64,000 bases of DNA from Pirellulales bacterium (lineage in GTDB: Bacteria > Planctomycetota > Planctomycetia > Pirellulales > JAICIG01). Numbering within the stretch: position 1 is the stretch's first letter; every line of letters begins with the position of its first letter. Positions 1 through 8,593 of the stretch are shown piece by piece. The DNA is taken from the NCBI GenBank assembly GCA_040901675.1, contig JBBDYJ010000010.1, positions 234,599 through 298,598 on the forward strand, read 5' to 3'. The notes below the pieces were generated by a model. It made no database searches, was not told the DNA's origin, and saw only the letters and a program-made list of their open reading frames with translations. Position numbers and translations under genes: made by a program.

Positions 1-1
1 C

Positions 2-205
2 ACTAAGACGCTGCTCGAGGCGCTGTCTGGCAAAGCGGACGAGTCGGCCGACGGCATCGTCTCGCTGAACGAGGTGGTGCAGTACGTGAAGCGCTCCGTG
101 CCGGAGCTGACCGCCGGCCGCCAGAATCCGACGGCCGCCCCGGACGACCTGTTGCCCTACGTCTCGATCCGGCTGACGAACATGGAAACCGTGGGCTCGA
201 ACTAG
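2..205 (+). CDS. C-terminal end of a caspase-family (peptidase C14-like) protein, partial
   Basis: Frame 2 reads TKTLLEALSGKADESADGIVSLNEVVQYVKRSVPELTAGRQNP...stop at 203-205, the 'LLEAL.G.AD...DG.V...E...YV...V...Q.P' tail typical of bacterial caspase-domain proteins. Confidence 0.65.
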   Translation, partial: TKTLLEALSGKADESADGIVSLNEVVQYVKRSVPELTAGRQNPTAAPDDLLPYVSIRLTNMETVGSN

Positions 206-209
206 AGCA

Positions 210-253
210 GTGTTTAGTGGTTAGTGATTAGTGTTTAGTGGTCAGAAGTCAGA
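210..253. repeat. Heptamer tandem array (TTAGTGN)n then (GTCAGAA)
   Basis: tgtttagtggttagtgattagtgtttagtggtcagaagtcaga. Confidence 0.8.
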
Positions 254-254
254 T

Positions 255-314
255 GTGCCACTGCTTGGAGGCCGCCGGCCGGGTGGCTGGTGGCAAAGCG
301 TTAGCGTGCCCCAG
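255..314 (+). repeat. Composite REP-like element: family B half (GTGCCACTGCTTGG) plus family A (GGGTGGCTGG..GCAAAGCGTTAGCGTGCCCCAG)
   Basis: Near-identical copies at 1981, 2054, 7205(-), 7270(-), 11711, 30941 and 61155. Confidence 0.85.
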
Positions 315-541
315 ATTTCAGGCTGGAGGCTGAAGGCCGGAGACTGCAGGACGGCCGACAACCGTCTCCCCCCGGCGTCTCTCCTCCTTCCTCCTTCTGC
401 CTTAGATCTCCCCCAGAGATCTTCCCTCGGATTTGCTGAATTTCCCACCCCGCCGCGTCCGAGAACAAACATACGCGCCCATACCGGATATTCCGGGCTG
501 GCCGGGGCGCGTACCAATCCACCAGGCGGGGACTCGCCCAA

Positions 542-1978
542 ATGCAATGGACTTGCCGGCTGATCGCCATGACGGCGGCACTGCTCTCGTGGCAGTTGTC
601 GGCCTTGGCCCAAACGGGATGGGCTGACGCGACCGATGCTTTCTCCGAATCCGACGGCTTTGGGGTCGAAACCGTCGGCTTCCTGGGCCACGGCCATGGC
701 CACCGGCATCACCGGCGGCCCACGCATGGCGGAGACTGTTGCCCGCCACCGGCTTGCGCGCCGTCTATCGGGATCGGCGAAGCCCCGCTGCCCCCTGGCG
801 TCGAGGATGGCCGCCTGCCCCCCACGGAGCCTGGTGAAGAGCCGATCGCGGTGGAACCGGCCGTGCCCGCGGTGGGCGCGTTGGCGGGGACATTCGGCGC
901 CGCCCGCGGTCCCGAGAGCGCCGCGCCGAACATGCTGGGCGATTTTCTGGCCGGCGGCGCCTTTGCGGGAGGCGTCTCGTTCAACGCCTTCGTTTCGCCG
1001 GACAACGAAAACGTGTTCAGGATCAGCCAGCCGTACACCGACGGCCCGGTGGCGGTTCCGTTCAACTTCCACCAGTTCAAGATCGCCGACAACGAGAGCC
1101 CCTGGCCGCGCGACCGAGTGTTCACCACCTTCAACTATTACGACGACGTCGGCGACGACACGTCGATCACCCGCTACGTGCTCGGTTTCGAGCGCACCAT
1201 CTTCGACGGCTACGGCTCGATCGGCATGCGGCTGCCGTTTTTCACCGTCGACCCGGGCACCGTGGCCAACCCCTTCTTTGAAGGAGGCCGCGTCGGCACG
1301 TTCGGCGCCGGCACGAACACGCAGTCCGACGTGGGCGATCTGACGATCATCTTCAAGTATGCACACTTCATGGACCGCCGCGGCGGCGACGTATTCAGCT
1401 ACGGCCTGGCGGTGACGGCCCCCACGGGTCCGGCCACCTACGCCGACGTCGATCCGTTGTTCGTATTGGACAACGTCGATCACGACGGCACGATCCAGCC
1501 CTTTGCGAGTTTCTATCGTTCGATGGGGCGGCGGGGCTGGGACGGCTGGTTCCTGCACGGCTTTTCGTCGCTCGACATTCCCTTCGACGGCGACGACACG
1601 ACGCTCTGGTACAACGACCTGGGACTGGGCTATTACATGCGCCGCAATCCCCGCCGCGGGTTGAATGCCATCATTCCCACGATGGAACTCCACGTGAACT
1701 CGCCGCTGGGCAACCGGGTCCACGATGTCCGGCCCACACCGCGGCTGAACCAGCTTTCCGACTTGGGTCCCACGAGCTTGTTCGGCGGCTTTACGGGCGC
1801 CACCGGCCAGGTCGAGTATCACAACCAGGTCAACATGACCGGCGGCCTGACGATGCTCTTCAACCGCCGCACCGCTTTGGCCGTTGGAATGGTGGTGCCC
1901 ATGGCCGGCCCCAACCCCTACGACTATGAGGTCCAGGTCCAGTTGAACCTCTTCCGCGGCCCCTGGGGCCTCCGCTAG
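542..1978 (+). CDS. Secreted planctomycete protein, probable outer-membrane beta-barrel, with His/Cys/Pro-rich N-terminal linker
   Basis: Signal peptide, GHGHGHRHHRR-CCPPPAC, then amphipathic strand-like segments ending YEVQVQLNLF; strong GC3 codon bias. Confidence 0.7.
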   Translation: MQWTCRLIAMTAALLSWQLSALAQTGWADATDAFSESDGFGVETVGFLGHGHGHRHHRRPTHGGDCCPPPACAPSIGIGEAPLPPGVEDGRLPPTEPGEEPIAVEPAVPAVGALAGTFGAARGPESAAPNMLGDFLAGGAFAGGVSFNAFVSPDNENVFRISQPYTDGPVAVPFNFHQFKIADNESPWPRDRVFTTFNYYDDVGDDTSITRYVLGFERTIFDGYGSIGMRLPFFTVDPGTVANPFFEGGRVGTFGAGTNTQSDVGDLTIIFKYAHFMDRRGGDVFSYGLAVTAPTGPATYADVDPLFVLDNVDHDGTIQPFASFYRSMGRRGWDGWFLHGFSSLDIPFDGDDTTLWYNDLGLGYYMRRNPRRGLNAIIPTMELHVNSPLGNRVHDVRPTPRLNQLSDLGPTSLFGGFTGATGQVEYHNQVNMTGGLTMLFNRRTALAVGMVVPMAGPNPYDYEVQVQLNLFRGPWGLR

Positions 1979-1980
1979 GC

Positions 1981-2109
1981 GGGTGGCTGGTCAAAGCGTT
2001 AGCGTGCCCCAGGGCAAGGTTCCGCCTGCGGCGAACTTGGAGCCCCGTCAGAAGTGCCACTGCTTGGAGGTCCCGATCCCGGCGCGCCGGGAGGCCCGAG
2101 AAGCAGTGC
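1981..2109 (+). repeat. Composite REP-like cluster (family A 1981-2012, hairpin 2020-2040, family B 2054-2109)
   Basis: gggtggctggtcaaagcgttagcgtgccccag ... gtgccactgcttgg ... gagaagcagtgc, between convergent genes. Confidence 0.85.
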
Positions 2110-2162
2110 CTTCGAGGGTGGGCTCCGGCTTCAGAAGTATCAAGTCCTAAGGACCGAGATCC

Positions 2163-3989
2163 CTACGGTTGAGCCATGAGACTGGCTGCATCGGCCCTCG
2201 CCTTCTCGAGGCCTGGATACTTGGGATCGAGTTGCTCGACCTTGTCAAAGTCTTTGTTTGCCTGGGCCAGGGCCGATTCGTCCTTCGGGTCGGAGTTGAT
2301 GTATTTCGCCAGGTACGATAGCCCTCTGGAAAAAAACGCGTCGGCTGAGTTAGGGTTCTGGGTAATCGCGTCCGTGAAGTCTTTGATCGCCTTATCCGGC
2401 TCCCCGTTGAAGTCATAGGCAATCCCCCGGTTGATGTAGTCAACCTCCTGCGGGTCGATCTTTAGAGCCTCGGTGAAATCGCGAATAGCCTTGACCCACT
2501 CCTCGTCACGAGAATGGGCGGCACCTCGTCGGCTGTAAGCCCGCGCATTGCGATCATCGAGGCCGATCGCCTGGGTGAAGTCCGATGCTGCTTCATCGTA
2601 GAGCTCCTTTTTGAAATAGCACTCCCCTCGCAACAGATAAGCCTCAAGGCGCTCTTCTTCATTGAGTTCGCCTTCCAACAGCAAGTCATGCAACAGAAGT
2701 ATTGCCTCGTCGTACCTCATCAGGTCAAAGTCAAACCGGGCCTTCTCCAATTCTACCTGTACATCTGGCTCTCCGGTCGTCTCCCCCGTCGTCCCTTGCC
2801 CGTCCTCCGGCTTCACGTCCGTCGTCGTCCCGTCCACGGGCACGGGGTCGGTATCGTCGGGCGGCTCCTTCTCCTTACCATTCTCCGCCACCACCTTGCT
2901 GCCATTGCCAGGGTCGACCGTCTCAGCCGGAGGCCAGAAATACCAGCCGGCCAGGGCCCCCAGTGAAAAGACGGCAAAGCCCAGCGGAAGCCAGGCCCGC
3001 GAGCGCCGCCGCGGCGGCCGCGCCGCCGCGATGGTCCCGCTCTCCACCGACCGCCGCAAGTCGCCGATCATCTCGACGGTTGACCGATAGCGCTCGGCCG
3101 GATCGACCGCCGTGGCCCGCTCGATCACCGACCGCTCCGCCTCCGACAGCATCGAAAGGTCGAGCTTGCCCTCGACGATCGCGTTGACCACTTCGGTATA
3201 GATCTCGCTGTCGTAGGGAAGCTTGCCCGTCTTCAGCTCCACGTACGTCACCGCCAGCGAATACTGGTCCGTGGCCGAGCTCGGCTCGTTCTTGGTCAGA
3301 CACTCCGGCGCGACGTAGGCGATCGTGCCGGCCGCCGTGGCGGTCTTCCGCACGTCGCCCAGCATCCTCGCCAGCCCGAAATCGCACACCTGGGCCGCAC
3401 CCCCCACGATCATGATGTTGAAGGGCTTGATGTCGCAGTGCTGCACGGCGGCCAGGCCGGCCCCCAGGTTGTGCCGCGGGCTGTTCAGATAGTCGATCGC
3501 CCGCGCCGCATCCTCCATGTACCCCAGCAGCTCCTTCTGGGGTATGCCCTCGAGCCCGTCGCGCTGGCACTCCTCCAGCCGGGCGTACAGGTCCTGCTCA
3601 CCCAGGCCCATGGCGATGATCAGCTCGACCGGCCGGGCCTGCATCTTGGGGTCGAGCATCATCGTCCCCTTAAGCGTGGTGGACGATGAGACCAGCTTGC
3701 GGAGCTGATCCAGGTCGGCCTCGGCGTCGTCCAGCACGTTGCCGGCCTGGTCCTTCAACCAGTAAGCGACAATCGGCACCAGGTTGGGGTGCCGGATCCG
3801 CTTGACGAGCCCCAGGGCCTGGAACTCCTTCAGCCCCTGCTTGCCGCTGAGGCTGATGATCTTCAGCGCGGCCTCGGTGCCCCCCGGCGCGGTCGCTTTC
3901 CAGACCTCGCCAAACCCGCCCCGGCCCAGGAACTCGGACAGCCGGTAGCCGGGAACCGGCTCGTCGCTCAATTTGTACTGGCCTGGCAT
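2163..3989 (-). CDS. Membrane Ser/Thr protein kinase with C-terminal TPR repeats
   Basis: GRGGFGEV, ALK, HCDIKPFN, DFG and APE motifs; TM helix; TPRs (AYSRRG..., DYINRG..., AFFSRG). Start taken at MPGQYKL because the longer ORF overlaps the opposite-strand gene. Confidence 0.92.
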   Translation of the reverse strand: MPGQYKLSDEPVPGYRLSEFLGRGGFGEVWKATAPGGTEAALKIISLSGKQGLKEFQALGLVKRIRHPNLVPIVAYWLKDQAGNVLDDAEADLDQLRKLVSSSTTLKGTMMLDPKMQARPVELIIAMGLGEQDLYARLEECQRDGLEGIPQKELLGYMEDAARAIDYLNSPRHNLGAGLAAVQHCDIKPFNIMIVGGAAQVCDFGLARMLGDVRKTATAAGTIAYVAPECLTKNEPSSATDQYSLAVTYVELKTGKLPYDSEIYTEVVNAIVEGKLDLSMLSEAERSVIERATAVDPAERYRSTVEMIGDLRRSVESGTIAAARPPRRRSRAWLPLGFAVFSLGALAGWYFWPPAETVDPGNGSKVVAENGKEKEPPDDTDPVPVDGTTTDVKPEDGQGTTGETTGEPDVQVELEKARFDFDLMRYDEAILLLHDLLLEGELNEEERLEAYLLRGECYFKKELYDEAASDFTQAIGLDDRNARAYSRRGAAHSRDEEWVKAIRDFTEALKIDPQEVDYINRGIAYDFNGEPDKAIKDFTDAITQNPNSADAFFSRGLSYLAKYINSDPKDESALAQANKDFDKVEQLDPKYPGLEKARADAASLMAQP

Positions 3990-4109
3990 GCCCGTTTTCT
4001 CTTGGACTGGCTGTAACAGATGTGCGGCTCTGCCGCCTTTGAGTGTAACAGGCCGTGCTACGGGGCACAGCCCGAACAGGTAAACCGTCCCGCCATCAAG
4101 GATAGGTCC

Positions 4110-4880
4110 ATGAAACGCCCACTCAGCACGCTTTTTTCCGCCGCCGTCGCCTCGACCCTGGCATTGGCCTCCCCGGCCATGGCCCAGGCCCAGCACCACG
4201 GCCATCACGGTCACCACGGCGATCATGGCCATCACGGCCACGGACATCACGGCCACCACGGATACGCCTACGGCGGCAAGCTCCATTACGGCCACGCCGG
4301 CTACCCGATCGTCTACGGCGGCTATCACGGGGCGTACCTGCGGGGCTGGGCCGATGTCTACCGCAGCCGGGGTCTGTACAACCTGTACACGTCGGAGGCG
4401 GCCGTCAATTTCGAGGAGGCCCGCAGCCGGCGGATCGACAACCATCAAAAGAAGGTCGAGACCTACTTTGCCCTGCGTGACTTGAACGCGAGCTATCGGG
4501 CCAGCCAGCGGCGGCCCGCTGCCACGCCCGAAATGGTCAGCCAGTGGAACGACTCGCGGCGGCCCCAGCGGCTGGCGCCCGAGCAGCTCGAGCCCTCCCT
4601 GGGCGGCATCCAGTGGCCGCACGCCTTGACCGACGAGGCCTTCGCCGCGTCGCGGGCCGCTCTGGAGGAGTTGTACGCCGGGCGCACGCCTTCCAACAGC
4701 GGCCTGGGCAGCCCGAGCGCCAGCGAGATCAAGAAAGCGGCCAGGCGGCTGCAAACCGAGTTGAACGCCAACGTGAAGACGCTTTCGACCGACGAGTTCA
4801 TCCAGGCCAAGAAGTTCATCGACAGCCTGGCGTACGAAGCCCGCTTCCCCGTGGTGACCGAGGGGCTGGCTTCGAATTAG
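4110..4880 (+). CDS. Secreted His-rich planctomycete protein
   Basis: Signal peptide then QHHGHHGHHGDHGHHGHGHHGHHG, followed by an 'AYLRGWADVYRSRGLYNL..SEAAVNFEEAR' domain. Confidence 0.8.
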   Translation: MKRPLSTLFSAAVASTLALASPAMAQAQHHGHHGHHGDHGHHGHGHHGHHGYAYGGKLHYGHAGYPIVYGGYHGAYLRGWADVYRSRGLYNLYTSEAAVNFEEARSRRIDNHQKKVETYFALRDLNASYRASQRRPAATPEMVSQWNDSRRPQRLAPEQLEPSLGGIQWPHALTDEAFAASRAALEELYAGRTPSNSGLGSPSASEIKKAARRLQTELNANVKTLSTDEFIQAKKFIDSLAYEARFPVVTEGLASN

Positions 4881-4907
4881 ATCGTGCGTCGGGTGGGTGG
4901 CTGGACG

Positions 4908-4944
4908 GATAGGGGCGGCCCCAAAAGGCCGCCCCTATCGCTTT
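4908..4944 (+). terminator. 13-bp perfect hairpin, probable intrinsic terminator
   Basis: GATAGGGGCGGCC-ccaaaa-GGCCGCCCCTATC followed by gcttt. Confidence 0.6.
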
Positions 4945-5011
4945 GCGCGGCCGAGTTTTGGCGTTGGTTCGTGTATCAGCTCTCAAAGCAGCGGAAGGAG
5001 GGTACTTTTCC

Positions 5012-5434
5012 ATGCAGACCAGGCAACTGAATCTGAATAAAAAGCTTTCGACTTATCTGGACCTCGTGGCCGAGTTTCCGCTGGTCTCGATTCGTTCGCC
5101 CAGGCAACTGGAGGCGGCTCAGGCTGTTGCCGACCGGCTGTTGGCCAGGGGCATGCTCGACGCCGGCGAGGAAATGTACCTCGATGCCTTGAGCGAATTG
5201 ATGGCCGCTTACGAGGACGCACATTATCCCATGCAGCCCGGAAGCGACGCCGACATGCTGCGGCACCTGATGGACGCCGCGCGGATCAGCCAGGCGGACT
5301 TGAGCCGCTCGACAGGCGTTCCCACGTCCGTGCTCTCGTCGATTCTCGCCGGCAAGACGCGGTTGGGCTCAAAAGCGTTGCGGAGCCTGGCCGACTACTT
5401 CCAGATCGACGCCGCCCTGCTGTCCTGGCGATAG
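5012..5434 (+). CDS. higA: HigA-type HTH antitoxin/regulator, orphan
   Basis: 'FPLVSIRS..QLEAA...YLDALSELMAAYED.HYP....DMLRHLMDAARISQADLS' HigA/XRE pattern; no toxin ORF upstream. Confidence 0.75.
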   Translation: MQTRQLNLNKKLSTYLDLVAEFPLVSIRSPRQLEAAQAVADRLLARGMLDAGEEMYLDALSELMAAYEDAHYPMQPGSDADMLRHLMDAARISQADLSRSTGVPTSVLSSILAGKTRLGSKALRSLADYFQIDAALLSWR

Positions 5435-5525
5435 GCGGCCACGTCGTCGTCCGGGAGATGGAAAAACAGCGGGCGGCCGGTTACTCTGGCGAGCGGTGAA
5501 GCGGGCAACCCGGGGAGCTTCGACG

Positions 5526-6593
5526 ATGGACGGTCTGGATCGGCGGGTGGTGGAACTGCGGCGTGCAATCGGCAAGCTTCCGCGCGTAGCACTGGCCCAT
5601 CTGCCGACGCCGCTGGAAGAGCTGCCGAGGTTTTCCGCCGCGCTGGGAGGTCCGCGCATCTTCATCAAGCGCGACGACTGCACGGGGCTGGCCTTCGGCG
5701 GCAACAAGACCAGGCACAACGAGCTCGTGCTGGCCCACGCCCGCGAGCTGGGGGCCGAGGTCCTGGTGTGGGGCGCGGGAGTCCAGTCGAACAACTGCCG
5801 GCAGACGGCCGCGGCCTGCGCCAAGCTGGGCCTCGACTGCCACCTGGTGCTGTCGCGCGGCTGCCATCCGGACGAGGTGCAAGGCAACTTGCTGCTCGAT
5901 TACCTGCTGGGGGCGTCCGTCGAGCTGGTCGACCTCCCGCTGGGCGCGCCGCTCTACGACCGCATTGCCCAAGTCGCCGCACAGTTCCGCGCCCAGGGCC
6001 GCAACGCCTACTGCTGGGACAACGAAGTCGTCAAGCCCCGGGCGGCGGTCAGCTATGCGCTCTGCATGGCCGAGATCCTGGAGCAGTTCGCCGCGCGCAA
6101 CACGACGCCGGGAACGATCTACGTCTCTTCAGCCGGCTCGACCGGCGCCGGCCTGCTGTTGGGCAAGGCCGCGCTCGAAGCCGACGCGCGGCTGCGGATC
6201 ATCGCTCCCATCCGCTGGCCCTGGGACCACGCCCACGACCTGGCGGACACCGCGAACCAGGCCGCCCGGCTGATCGGCTTGGAAGTCGAGGTCGATCCCG
6301 GCCAGGTCGACACCACCGATGCTTACCTGGGCGAGGGCTACGGTGTGTGTTCGCCGGAGGGATTGGCGGCGATCGACCTATTGGCCCGGACCGAGGGCAT
6401 CTTGCTCGATCCGGTCTACACGGCCAAGGCGATGGCCGCCCTGATCGACGACGCGCGTCAAGGGCGGCTGCCTCCCGATCGCCCCGTTGTTTTCATTCAC
6501 ACCGGCGGCACGCCCGCCTTGTTCGCCTACCGCGACGCGCTGGTCAAAGACGGCGCCTCGGCGGGCGGTGGCTACCGATTCAAATCTGCGTAA
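5526..6593 (+). CDS. D-cysteine desulfhydrase / ACC deaminase family PLP enzyme
   Basis: LPTPLE, KRDDCTGLAFGGNKTR, QSNNCR, LLDPVYTAKA, FIHTGG. Confidence 0.93.
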   Translation: MDGLDRRVVELRRAIGKLPRVALAHLPTPLEELPRFSAALGGPRIFIKRDDCTGLAFGGNKTRHNELVLAHARELGAEVLVWGAGVQSNNCRQTAAACAKLGLDCHLVLSRGCHPDEVQGNLLLDYLLGASVELVDLPLGAPLYDRIAQVAAQFRAQGRNAYCWDNEVVKPRAAVSYALCMAEILEQFAARNTTPGTIYVSSAGSTGAGLLLGKAALEADARLRIIAPIRWPWDHAHDLADTANQAARLIGLEVEVDPGQVDTTDAYLGEGYGVCSPEGLAAIDLLARTEGILLDPVYTAKAMAALIDDARQGRLPPDRPVVFIHTGGTPALFAYRDALVKDGASAGGGYRFKSA

Positions 6594-6656
6594 ATCAGCG
6601 TGGGGACTGGGCCGTTCTTTGTGGAGTGTGCAATGGGACGTTGCGGCGCGCCGTCC

Positions 6657-7112
6657 TTACTCCTCCTTCCTCTTTCCTCCTTCCTCCTTTCCCGCGGGTT
6701 CCAGCAGAACGCCGCGCCACTCGGCGCGGTTGGAGGTGATGTCGACTACGTTGCCGTCGGGGTCGAGCACCTTGAACGAGATGGGCGGCGCGCCGTTGGG
6801 GTCGATCGGCTTGCGCTGCTTCACGTCGTCCTTCGAAAAGGTCGCCTTCCAGTCGTGCAGCCGCCGCCAGATCGCCGGCAGGTCGTCGACGATCACGCCG
6901 AAATGGATGTACTCGCTTCCTTCCTCGAACACCGGCCGCTCTTGGCCCGCCGGCTGCTGGATCAACGTGATGTTGTTCACGCCGTCGCTCAGGTCGAGCC
7001 CCTGGCGGCTGGGCCGATAGCCCACGAACTTCCAGCCGATCACTTCCTCGTAGAACCGCCGCGAACGCTCCATGTCGCGGCATCGCAAAGCCAGGTGTCG
7101 CAGCAACGCCAT
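6657..7112 (-). CDS. VOC/glyoxalase family protein
   Basis: LRHLALRC..MERSRRFYEEVIGW, HFG, DPDGNVVDI; GGAGG RBS; C-tail GKEEGGKRKEE comes from a heptamer array. Confidence 0.88.
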   Translation of the reverse strand: MALLRHLALRCRDMERSRRFYEEVIGWKFVGYRPSRQGLDLSDGVNNITLIQQPAGQERPVFEEGSEYIHFGVIVDDLPAIWRRLHDWKATFSKDDVKQRKPIDPNGAPPISFKVLDPDGNVVDITSNRAEWRGVLLEPAGKEEGGKRKEE

Positions 7113-7204
7113 GCGCATTTCCTCCAGATGACCTTCGCCGACGTGGGCAGGGCTGCCGCGTCTCGAGCATTTTAGCAGGGCCCACGGCGGGCTGCCTAAT
7201 ATCA

Positions 7205-7443
7205 CTGGGGCACGCTACCGCTTTGCCCCAGCCACCCGACCGCTAAAACTGCGCACCGACTGACACGTCGCAGCACTGCTTCTCGGCCCCGACACGGCGG
7301 GGCCTCCAAGCAGTGGCACCTCTGACTTCTGACCTCTGACTTCTGAGAGTTTGTGAATCATTCACAGACTCTGACATCTGACTTCTGACCTCTGACTTCT
7401 GACATCTGACTTCTGACCTCTGACTTCCAACCTCTGACTCCTG
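7205..7443 (-). repeat. Composite repeat: REP-like family A (7205-7237), family B (7270-7319), then (TCTGACY)n heptamer arrays (7320-7443)
   Basis: Reverse complements of the elements at 255-314 and 1981-2109; more than 12 tctgact/tctgacc-type units. Confidence 0.88.
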
Positions 7444-7525
7444 TCTACCCCCCTGCCTTCCGTTCCATTGCGACCGGGTCCGCGGCCGACTATCCTGGCT
7501 AGGCACGCCCTGGAGATCAAGCCGC

Positions 7526-8593
7526 ATGGAATACCGCGACCTGGGCTCGACGGGCATCGAGGTCTCGGCCGTCTCGTTCGGCGCGGGACCGGTGCCTGCC
7601 CTGATGACTGCCGGCAGCCGCGATAAGCAACGCAGCACCGTCGAGCGCGCGCTGGCGGCAGGCGTCAATTGGTTCGATACGGCTGCCACGTATGGCGACG
7701 GTGCCTCGGAGAGCAGCCTCGGAGCGGCCCTCCGCGAGCTGGGGGGCGCCGGCCGGGTCCACGTGGCAACCAAAGTCAGGCTGATGCCCGACCAGCTCGG
7801 CGACATCCGCGCCGCTGTCCGGCAGTCCGTCGACGCCAGCTTGCAGCGGCTGGGCCTCCAGCGCGTCACGCTGCTGCAAGTGCATAACTCGATCACCGCC
7901 CGGCGGGGCGAGCTGCACACCTCGATCACGCCCCGCGACGTGCTGGGGCCGGGCGGAATGCTCGATGCCTTCCAGAGTCTGCGCGACGACGGACTTGTCG
8001 AGCACTTCGGCTTGACCGCGCTAGGTCAGCAGGCCGCCTTGCAGGAAGTGCTGGAGTCGCGTGCGTTTGCCAGCGTGCAGCTTGCCTACAACCTGCTCGA
8101 TGCAACCGCCGGCAGCGCCGCGGGCAGCGCAGCACGGCTTCTCGGCCCCGACACGGCGGTCCGCCAAAGGCGGACAAGCAGTGGCACGTCGCTGGAGGCG
8201 GACGGCGACAGCTTGCTTTCGTTTTGCAGCCGGGCCCGCATCGGCGTGCTCGCCATCCGCGTTTTCGCTGGCGGAGCGCTGGCGGGCAAACCGCCCAGCC
8301 GGCATACGCTGACCACCAGGTTCTTTCCGCTGGCGCTGTACGAGCGCGATGCCCAGCGGGCCCGGCAGTTGGCCGAAACGCTGCCGCCCGGCCTGCGCAT
8401 CAAGGAGGCGGCCGTGCGGTTCGTCCTGAGCCAACCCGGCGTTTCCAGTGCGCTGGTCGGCTTTTCCAGCGGAGAGGAAGTTGACGAGGCCGTTCGCTTC
8501 GCCGCCGCGGGGCCGCTTCCGCCCGCCGCTCTGGAGACTATCGGCCAGGCGCTGTCGCATCCAATAAACGACGGGTCCGGGAGATCCACGTGA
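7526..8593 (+). CDS. Aldo/keto reductase carrying an in-frame REP-like insertion
   Basis: YRDLGSTGIEVSAVSFG, GVNWFDTAATYG, VATKV, SLQRLG, QVHN. Confidence 0.92.
   Translation: MEYRDLGSTGIEVSAVSFGAGPVPALMTAGSRDKQRSTVERALAAGVNWFDTAATYGDGASESSLGAALRELGGAGRVHVATKVRLMPDQLGDIRAAVRQSVDASLQRLGLQRVTLLQVHNSITARRGELHTSITPRDVLGPGGMLDAFQSLRDDGLVEHFGLTALGQQAALQEVLESRAFASVQLAYNLLDATAGSAAGSAARLLGPDTAVRQRRTSSGTSLEADGDSLLSFCSRARIGVLAIRVFAGGALAGKPPSRHTLTTRFFPLALYERDAQRARQLAETLPPGLRIKEAAVRFVLSQPGVSSALVGFSSGEEVDEAVRFAAAGPLPPAALETIGQALSHPINDGSGRST

Noticed and set aside
242..1822. Long antisense or alternate-frame ORFs (e.g. 242-1822, 25137-27785, 25576-27687, 44657-47131, 47258-49861, 52450-54771)
   Set aside because: These are shadows of real genes in high-GC DNA: no motifs, Arg/Pro/Gly-rich, and fully overlapping well-supported CDS
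3990..4754. N-terminal 254-aa extension of the kinase ORF
   Set aside because: It is antisense to the His-rich gene; kinase homology begins at MPGQYKL
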